Part shown: positions 57,685-64,000 of the stretch, one piece after another | How positions within the stretch are numbered: the stretch's first letter is position 1 | How the letters are laid out: every line of letters begins with the position of its first letter | Assembly (NCBI GenBank): GCA_963674745.2 | Contig: CAXXDV010000003.1 | Coordinates: 1,472,001 to 1,536,000, forward strand | Length of the DNA stretch: 64,000 nucleotides | Direction of reading: 5' to 3' | From: Desulfosudaceae bacterium | GTDB lineage: Bacteria; Desulfobacterota; Desulfobacteria; Desulfobacterales; Desulfosudaceae | Position numbers and translations under genes: made by a program | The notes under the pieces: generated by a model | The model's input: only the letters and a program-made list of their open reading frames with translations | The model's database searches: none | What the model was told of the DNA's origin: nothing

Positions 57685-57698
57685 CAAGGAAAATAAAT

Positions 57699-58925
57699 AT
57701 GTACCGGCAACTGGCCTGGCGAAACATCTGGCGCAACCCGAAACGGACCGCGGTTATTCTGACGGCCGTGGTAATCGGCGTATGGAGCATGATATTTCTG
57801 GGCGGCGTCATGGCCGGCATGTACGACGCCATGATCGAAAACCAGTTATCCGCGCTGACCGGCCATATCCAGATCCATCATCCCGACTATCGCAATGATC
57901 CGGTAGTGGAATACAGCATCAATGATCCGGCAATAGTGGCCAACGCCCTGCAACGTGTCCTGCCGCCGGGAGCCGTCCGGGCCGATCGTGTCCGCGTGTC
58001 GGCCATTGCCCAGAACGCCCGGCATTCCGCCGGAATTACCATGGTAGGGATACAGCCTGAAAAAGAGGCCGAAATATCCTTTATCGGGCAGGCCGTCACC
58101 GAGGGACGCTTTATAAAAAACGAACAAGACGATTACGGCATCGTCATTGGCCGGGCTCTGGCAGAAGATTTTGAAACAAAAATCGGCAAGAAACTCATTC
58201 TCATGAGCCAGGGCGCCGACGGGGAGATCCAGTCCCGGGCTTTTCGAATCGTCGGCATCTACCAGGCCCAGATGCAAGCCACGGAAAAGGCTTACGTGTT
58301 CGTCAGCCTGCCGGCGGCGCAGGACATGCTCAAAATGGGTAACGCCATTTCCGAAGTAGCGGTGCTGCTGCCGGATCGCGGGGCCACCGGACAGGTGGTT
58401 TCGGCCCTGCGGGAACGGCTGCCGCAGAACCGTTATGAAGTGGCGGGTTTCCGGGAGCTGATGCCGCTGATAACAGCCCAGGTTGAACTCTGGGACACTT
58501 TCATGATTCTCTGGTACGTGGTCATATTCGTGGCCATGGGTTTTGGCATCACCAACACCATCCTCATGGCCGTGATGGAGCGCATCCGTGAATTCGGCCT
58601 GGTCAAATCCCTGGGCATGAGACCCCGCCAGATCGTTGCACTGGTGTTAATGGAAGGGTCGCTTCTCCTGGCCCTGGGCATTCTCATCGGCAACCTGACC
58701 GGGTTTGCCAGCATCTGGGCCCTGGCGCAAAGGGGCATCGACCTGTCCGTATTCGCCGCCGGCGCGGAACGGTTCTCCATTCCCCGGATCATTTATCCGA
58801 CCATTCACATGAGTGATGTGATCCGGGCCAACCTGGTGGTTCTGGTCCTCGGTATCCTGGTCAGCTTATACCCGGCCATCAGAGCCGCGCGAATTACGCC
58901 GGTGGAGGCACTGACGAAAACGTAA
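57699..58925 (+). CDS. ABC transporter permease (FtsX/LolC-like)
   Basis: AWRNIWRNPKRT, ERIREFG, LYPAIRAARITPVEAL. Confidence 0.92.
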   Translation: MYRQLAWRNIWRNPKRTAVILTAVVIGVWSMIFLGGVMAGMYDAMIENQLSALTGHIQIHHPDYRNDPVVEYSINDPAIVANALQRVLPPGAVRADRVRVSAIAQNARHSAGITMVGIQPEKEAEISFIGQAVTEGRFIKNEQDDYGIVIGRALAEDFETKIGKKLILMSQGADGEIQSRAFRIVGIYQAQMQATEKAYVFVSLPAAQDMLKMGNAISEVAVLLPDRGATGQVVSALRERLPQNRYEVAGFRELMPLITAQVELWDTFMILWYVVIFVAMGFGITNTILMAVMERIREFGLVKSLGMRPRQIVALVLMEGSLLLALGILIGNLTGFASIWALAQRGIDLSVFAAGAERFSIPRIIYPTIHMSDVIRANLVVLVLGILVSLYPAIRAARITPVEALTKT

Positions 58926-58946
58926 AACACTGCGTTCAGGAAGGAA

Positions 58947-59633
58947 ATGGTTATGAACATTGTCGAAACCCGTAACGTCAAAAAAGTATACAACCAGGGC
59001 AAGGTTCAAGTAGAGGCCCTCCGGGGGGTCAGCCTGGAGATTGAAAAAGGGGCCTTCATCGCCCTGGCCGGTCCTTCGGGATCGGGAAAGACCACTCTGC
59101 TCAACATCATCGGCGGTCTGGACGGCATGGACGAAGGCTCGGTCAGTGTGGAGGACAACGATATCGGTGCCATGTCCCAATCCGACCTGGCCCGCCTGCG
59201 GCTGAACCGCATCGGCTTTATCTTTCAGGCCTACAACCTGGTACCGGTCCTGTCGGCCGAAGAAAACGTGGAGTTTATCATGCTGCTGCAGGGAATTCCC
59301 GGGGCCGAACGCCGGGACCGCGCGCGAACCATACTGGACGAGGTGGGGCTGGAAAACATGTATAACCGGCGACCCGCCGAGCTTTCCGGCGGACAGCAGC
59401 AGCGGGTGGCGGTGGCACGCGCTATTGTTTCCAACCCGGCCATTGTGCTGGCCGACGAGCCCACCGCCAACCTGGATTCGGCAACCGGTGAAAGCCTGCT
59501 GGGCCTGATGCGCCGGATGAACGAGGACAAGCAGGTAACGTTTGTGTTTTCCACCCATGATAAAATGGTCATGGACCAAGCCCGGCGCCTGGTTTATCTC
59601 AAGGACGGCCGGATTGAAGACGACATGGCATGA
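58947..59633 (+). CDS. ABC transporter ATP-binding protein (LolD-like)
   Basis: GPSGSGKTT, LSGGQQQRVA, LADEPTANLD. Confidence 0.95.
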   Translation: MVMNIVETRNVKKVYNQGKVQVEALRGVSLEIEKGAFIALAGPSGSGKTTLLNIIGGLDGMDEGSVSVEDNDIGAMSQSDLARLRLNRIGFIFQAYNLVPVLSAEENVEFIMLLQGIPGAERRDRARTILDEVGLENMYNRRPAELSGGQQQRVAVARAIVSNPAIVLADEPTANLDSATGESLLGLMRRMNEDKQVTFVFSTHDKMVMDQARRLVYLKDGRIEDDMA

Positions 59634-60979
59634 ATCAACACCCCGATCGAATAAAACGCTACGTTTATTTCCTGACCGCACTCGCACTGTCGTGTCTTCC
59701 GGCCGGCATTCAGCCGTCAGTAGCGGCCGACTGGGCGACGTCGCTACCGGGTCATTTCGGGGGGCATCTGAAAATCAGCGGTCAATTGTCCCACCTGCCC
59801 GACGATGCCCTGCTCGCAGCCGGGGGCGGAAGAACCCTCAGGGACGGCATCGGTGAACTACGCCTTACCTGGCGTCATGATTTCCTCGACGACTTTTCCT
59901 TTACCGTCCATTATGAAAATCTGGTTTCCGGTGGTGACAGCCGGTCTCAACAACAGGCGGTAGGAAAAAGCCTGCCCCACCTTTCGGATACCGCCTTTTT
60001 TGATGACGGTGTCCCCGAAGATGACCGTCGCCTGTTTGACCTGACCGGGCAATTGGACGAAGGCAACAATCGCATCTGGTATCACCGCCTGGATCGAATC
60101 TTTCTCTCCTGGCGCTCCGGGCCGGTGGACATCCGGGCAGGCCGACAGGCTGTGACCTGGGGTAACGGACTGGTTTTCAATCCCATGGATCTGTTCAATC
60201 CTTTTTCGCCAACCGACGTGGTGCGGGACTACAAAACCGGCGATGATCTGCTTTCAGTGGAAATCAACGGCACTTCAAGGAACCTGCATCTGCTCTACGT
60301 GCCCCGGCGAAACCCTGCCGATCATAAAATCTCCTGGGATCACTCGTCCCTGGCCGCAAAGTATCATTTTTATCTGGCCGGGCTGGAAATGGATCTAATG
60401 GCGGGCAAACATTACCGGGATATGGTGGTCGGGACAGGCCTGACCGGTTATCTGGGCCCTGCGGCCTGGCGCCTGGACAGTGTCCTGACGATACCCGACG
60501 ATGATGACGCCCTCTGGTCCGGCGAAAAGGATCATCGTGCCGACCTGTCCCTTATCGCCAACATCGACCGCTCTTGGTTCTGGTTTAAAAAGAACTGGTA
60601 TGGTTTTCTGGAGCTTTATTACAACGGGCTGATGAGTGACGATTACGCCCGCGACACCGCCCTGCCCTATATCACCGAACGCCTGAAGCGAGGCGATCTA
60701 TACAATCTGGGAAAACTCTATGCCACTGCCATGATCCAATTTGAAGTCCACCCGCTGGTGAATCTGTACCTGACCGCAATCGTTAATGTAAACGACCCCT
60801 CGGGTGTGCTCCTGCCCCGCCTGATTTATGACATCACCCAGAACGGACAAGTCACCCTGGGCGGCAGCCTGAACGTTGGCGGTCATGGTACCGAATATGG
60901 CGGCCGGGATATCCCTTATACCGGCCTCAATAACTCGCCCGCTGACACGATCTACCTGAGAATTACCCGTTTTTTCTGA
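59630..60979 (+). CDS. Putative outer-membrane beta-barrel protein of the ABC operon
   Basis: Signal peptide, RLDR..L, GRQAVTWG.G..FNP.DLF motif, C-terminal Phe. Confidence 0.78.
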   Translation: MNQHPDRIKRYVYFLTALALSCLPAGIQPSVAADWATSLPGHFGGHLKISGQLSHLPDDALLAAGGGRTLRDGIGELRLTWRHDFLDDFSFTVHYENLVSGGDSRSQQQAVGKSLPHLSDTAFFDDGVPEDDRRLFDLTGQLDEGNNRIWYHRLDRIFLSWRSGPVDIRAGRQAVTWGNGLVFNPMDLFNPFSPTDVVRDYKTGDDLLSVEINGTSRNLHLLYVPRRNPADHKISWDHSSLAAKYHFYLAGLEMDLMAGKHYRDMVVGTGLTGYLGPAAWRLDSVLTIPDDDDALWSGEKDHRADLSLIANIDRSWFWFKKNWYGFLELYYNGLMSDDYARDTALPYITERLKRGDLYNLGKLYATAMIQFEVHPLVNLYLTAIVNVNDPSGVLLPRLIYDITQNGQVTLGGSLNVGGHGTEYGGRDIPYTGLNNSPADTIYLRITRFF

Positions 60980-61197
60980 TAAAGGGGCTTCGAGAAAAAA
61001 GCGCAGCCTTTATAAAATTCCTTATTTAAAGGTTGAAAACGGTTGTTTTTCATCTGTTTCTCTTTTAATATCATTTTTTTTAACCCGGCCCGGCCTCAAA
61101 AAGAGCTGTTAGATATACATTTGCTATAAAAATCGAAGTGTTAATTGTCAGACGAATAATGAAAATCAATCTTTCCACGTATATTCTGATTTTTTTA

Positions 61198-62253
61198 ATG
61201 AAGATCAGCGATTCATCTCCAACCAGCAGTTTAACAGAGCTGCGCAAAAGAATTACAGCGGTCGTTGCCATCCTGATAACCTTGACGGCCCTGGTTTTTT
61301 TTGTTGTTTACCACTTTTACAACCAGCGCTTCCTTGTTGTCGCACTTGATAGTATTGGATTATCGCTGTGTTTACTGCTCCTGTTTTATCTTCGCAGAAC
61401 AGCAAATCCGTTCATTGTTTACCTGGCGATATGCGGATTTCTTATGGGGATGTTTGGTATAACGACGTTCCTGGGAAGAACCGACATCTCATACTTTCTC
61501 TGGTCTTTCGTTCTTCCCATCGCATGTTTTTCGCTTCTGGGCGCTGTTAGAGGCGTGATGGTAACCATGGCCTATTTTTTTATCAGCCTCTTTCTGATGA
61601 CAGCGCCGGAAAACATACTGTCGTCAAGCCCCTATGATTCTTCCGTCGTCTCCCGCTATTGTGTCATCTACCTTATCATCACCCTGGCATCTTACTATTA
61701 CGAATCGTCACAAAAAATGATGTTCATGCAACTTCAGCAGGAAAAGAACAAATACGAGAGAGATTCAAAGCTGGATCCGTTGACCGAAATCTTCAATCGC
61801 AGAGAAATGCTCGCAAGAATGCAAAATGAGCAGAAGCGTCAGCTCCGGCACGGATATCCTTTTACGCTCATCATCGGTGACATTGATTATTTCAAAAACG
61901 TAAATGATACCTTCGGACATGAGCAGGGTGATCATGTGCTAAAAAGGCTGGCACGGATAATGAAAGACCAGATTCGCAACATTGACTGCATCTGCCGATG
62001 GGGAGGCGAAGAGTTTCTCATCATGCTGGTGGAGACAGACCTTGATGATGGACAGAGAGTCGCCGAACGGATACGAAAAAATATTGAAACCGCTGAATTC
62101 GAATTCAAGGATTTAAAGATTAACGTTACCATTACATGCGGCCTGAGTACCCATCATGGGGCAGACGACACGATTGAGTCATGCATTAAGCGAGCTGATC
62201 AGGCGCTTTACCAGGGAAAGACGCAGGGAAAAAACAGAGTTGTTGCTGCGTAA
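61198..62253 (+). CDS. Membrane-anchored diguanylate cyclase (GGDEF)
   Basis: N-terminal TM helices, DPLT, DIDYFK, RWGGEEF, ADQALY. Confidence 0.92.
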   Translation: MKISDSSPTSSLTELRKRITAVVAILITLTALVFFVVYHFYNQRFLVVALDSIGLSLCLLLLFYLRRTANPFIVYLAICGFLMGMFGITTFLGRTDISYFLWSFVLPIACFSLLGAVRGVMVTMAYFFISLFLMTAPENILSSSPYDSSVVSRYCVIYLIITLASYYYESSQKMMFMQLQQEKNKYERDSKLDPLTEIFNRREMLARMQNEQKRQLRHGYPFTLIIGDIDYFKNVNDTFGHEQGDHVLKRLARIMKDQIRNIDCICRWGGEEFLIMLVETDLDDGQRVAERIRKNIETAEFEFKDLKINVTITCGLSTHHGADDTIESCIKRADQALYQGKTQGKNRVVAA

Positions 62254-62260
62254 GATCTAA

Positions 62261-62461
62261 CTATCCTGCGGCCTTTTCAGAAGCAGACGGACCGTTTTCA
62301 ATATCAGAATCGTCGGCTGTTTCTGGCGTCACATCCGTTTCAGCGTTTGCGGCGGATGCGTCCTCTTTTTTTGCCAGCCGGTGCAGCCTTTTTTCCTCCT
62401 GCTTCATTTTCTTTTTCAAATCTTTCTGGCGTTTTTTAAAACTGTAATGGGATTTTGCCAT
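62261..62461 (-). CDS. Small Lys-rich hypothetical protein downstream of csp
   Basis: GGAGG RBS; MAKSHYSFKKRQKDLKKKMKQEEK basic N-terminus with acidic tail. Confidence 0.7.
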   Translation of the reverse strand: MAKSHYSFKKRQKDLKKKMKQEEKRLHRLAKKEDASAANAETDVTPETADDSDIENGPSASEKAAG

Positions 62462-62547
62462 GGGACGACCTCCCTGATTTTCTGCAAAATTTACACCGAT
62501 CCGGGATACAAAATAGATTACGACCGGATTAATTTGCCTGTAAGGAT

Positions 62548-62584
62548 AAAAAAAGGCACCCCCCGATATACAGGGGGCGCCTTT
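62548..62584 (-). terminator. Rho-independent terminator of cold-shock gene
   Basis: GC-rich stem (GGCACCCCC/GGGGGCGCC) followed by a T7 run on the minus strand. Confidence 0.75.
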
Positions 62585-62604
62585 GAGTGCTTGATAAAAT
62601 TTAT

Positions 62605-62805
62605 TTAGACAGCGGTGACATTTACAGCAGACGGGCCTTTGGGTCCATCTTCGACTTCAAATGTAACTTTTGCACCTTCGTCGAGGGATTTAAAACCGGT
62701 TGCATTAATTGCGGTGTGATGCACAAATACATCCGAGCCGTCTTCCTGCTCGATGAAACCATATCCTTTGCTATCATTGAACCACTTAACTGTTCCATTT
62801 TTCAT
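62605..62805 (-). CDS. csp: Cold-shock protein
   Basis: [27 protein letters not shown] motifs; AAGGAGG RBS. Confidence 0.96.
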   Translation of the reverse strand: MKNGTVKWFNDSKGYGFIEQEDGSDVFVHHTAINATGFKSLDEGAKVTFEVEDGPKGPSAVNVTAV

Positions 62806-63136
62806 AATACCATCCTCCTTTCTTAAAATTTCAATGTTACTAACTGAAGGATGATATCGATTAAAAACGAACATTTCCTGCAGCAAGAACCTCTTCCGCC
62901 GAATTTCAGCGAAATTTTATTGATGGGGCATAATAAGCATTAAAAAAGGTAATAGCAAGATAAATCTTTATTTTTAAAAAAATAAAACCATCAAAAATGC
63001 CCTTTCTCATGATTTGACCAACGAAGTACCGAACTGGGGTCGCACCAAGACAACTTACTGATTTCCAACTATATACGCCTGAAAAGCACCGTAAAATAAG
63101 GCTTAGAGTGTTCTTTTTGATCTTAAAAACGGTACT

Positions 63137-64000
63137 TTAAGCCTTATTGTGATGATTCCCGGATCGGGGCGGTATGCGGGACAATTCCTTTTCAAGGGTC
63201 TGGCGGATTTTATCAATGGTGTAAGGCTTCTGAATAAAACTACCCGCGCCCATGCCCTTGGCGGCGGCCATATCTTCTGTTTCGGTATATCCGCTGACAA
63301 TGATGGCTTTCTGCCCGGGAACCCTTTCCAGGATGCGTTTGTATGTTTCGCGGCCGTTCATGCCATGGGAAAGAATCATATCAAGCAGGACCAGGTCGAA
63401 AGACTGCGTTTGAACGCAGGCGACGGCTTCCTCGCCGCTCTGAACCGCCAAAGGCGAATACCCCAGTGTTTTCAAAATCTCGCACAGTAATTTCCTCTGG
63501 AGCGGTTCATCGTCCACCACCAGAATGCGCTGCCCGCAGCCCCTGCCTGCAGCAACGGGCGGAATCCCCTTTTCTTCCTTAGGGTTCTCAGTCACGGGGA
63601 AAAAGCATTCAAACCGGGACCCCTGTTCACCGCTGACAATGTTGACATACCCCCGGTGATCCCGGATGATGTTCCAAACAATCGTCAGTCCCAGCCCCGT
63701 CCCGCTCTTGCCCATGATCTTGGTTGAGTAAAACGGCTCAAAGACGCGCTCCAGATGGTCCGGCGAGATACCGGAACCGGTGTCGGAAACCGACAGAACC
63801 ACATATTCGCCCTTTTCAATCTGTTCATAACCGGACAGGGGGCTGTAAAGGCGGAGATTTTTCGTACAGATACCGATATTCCCTTTCCCATCCACGGCTT
63901 CCACGGCGTTCATGACGAAGTTCAACAGCAGCTTGAACATGCTGATTTTCGAGGCCTCGATATGCCTGAGTTCGGGATCCAGGTCGGCCTGGATCCTTAT
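63137..64000 (-). CDS. C-terminal part of hybrid sensor histidine kinase (runs off window end)
   Basis: NFVMNA, DTGSG, EPFYSTK, GTGLGL, receiver LVVDDE/LDMI/KPY. Confidence 0.92.
   Translation of the reverse strand: MRIQADLDPELRHIEASKISMFKLLLNFVMNAVEAVDGKGNIGICTKNLRLYSPLSGYEQIEKGEYVVLSVSDTGSGISPDHLERVFEPFYSTKIMGKSGTGLGLTIVWNIIRDHRGYVNIVSGEQGSRFECFFPVTENPKEEKGIPPVAAGRGCGQRILVVDDEPLQRKLLCEILKTLGYSPLAVQSGEEAVACVQTQSFDLVLLDMILSHGMNGRETYKRILERVPGQKAIIVSGYTETEDMAAAKGMGAGSFIQKPYTIDKIRQTLEKELSRIPPRSGNHHNKA

Noticed and set aside
62806..62886. N-terminal extension of cold-shock ORF
   Set aside because: Strong RBS precedes ATG at 62805; the extension is 5' UTR.

Overview
Bacterial chromosomal segment. 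Gene content and the many PAS/hybrid kinases suggest a Desulfobacterales-like deltaproteobacterium (inference). Most of the window is moderately GC-rich housekeeping, signalling and transport DNA: amidase, PAS hybrid kinases, GGDEF/EAL, two ABC-F ATPases, MFS, a B12 radical-SAM/hydrolase fusion, chlI/chlD-like chelatase subunits, SLC13, MltA, HrpB, YhbY, a GMC oxidoreductase, a LolA/LolCDE-like operon and a cold-shock gene. It is scattered with several families of short palindromic (REP/MITE-like) repeats and truncated toxin or enzyme genes. The stand-out feature is an ~11 kb strongly AT-rich island (~34.5-45.7 kb) of two convergent, tightly coupled operons. The + operon encodes a cytidylate-kinase/ParB-Srx fusion, a AAA+ ATPase and a DUF4406(NDT-like)/double PEP-synthetase-type ATP-grasp/phospho-His fusion. 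The - operon encodes a small membrane protein, a Zn-ribbon Ser/Thr kinase fused to an ORC/CDC6-STAND-like ATPase, a Rossmann-like partner and a Druantia DruA (DUF4338) homologue without DruE. I read this as a candidate undescribed nucleotide/phosphorylation-based anti-phage system. No rRNA, tRNA, CRISPR array or intact integrase/transposase was recognised.
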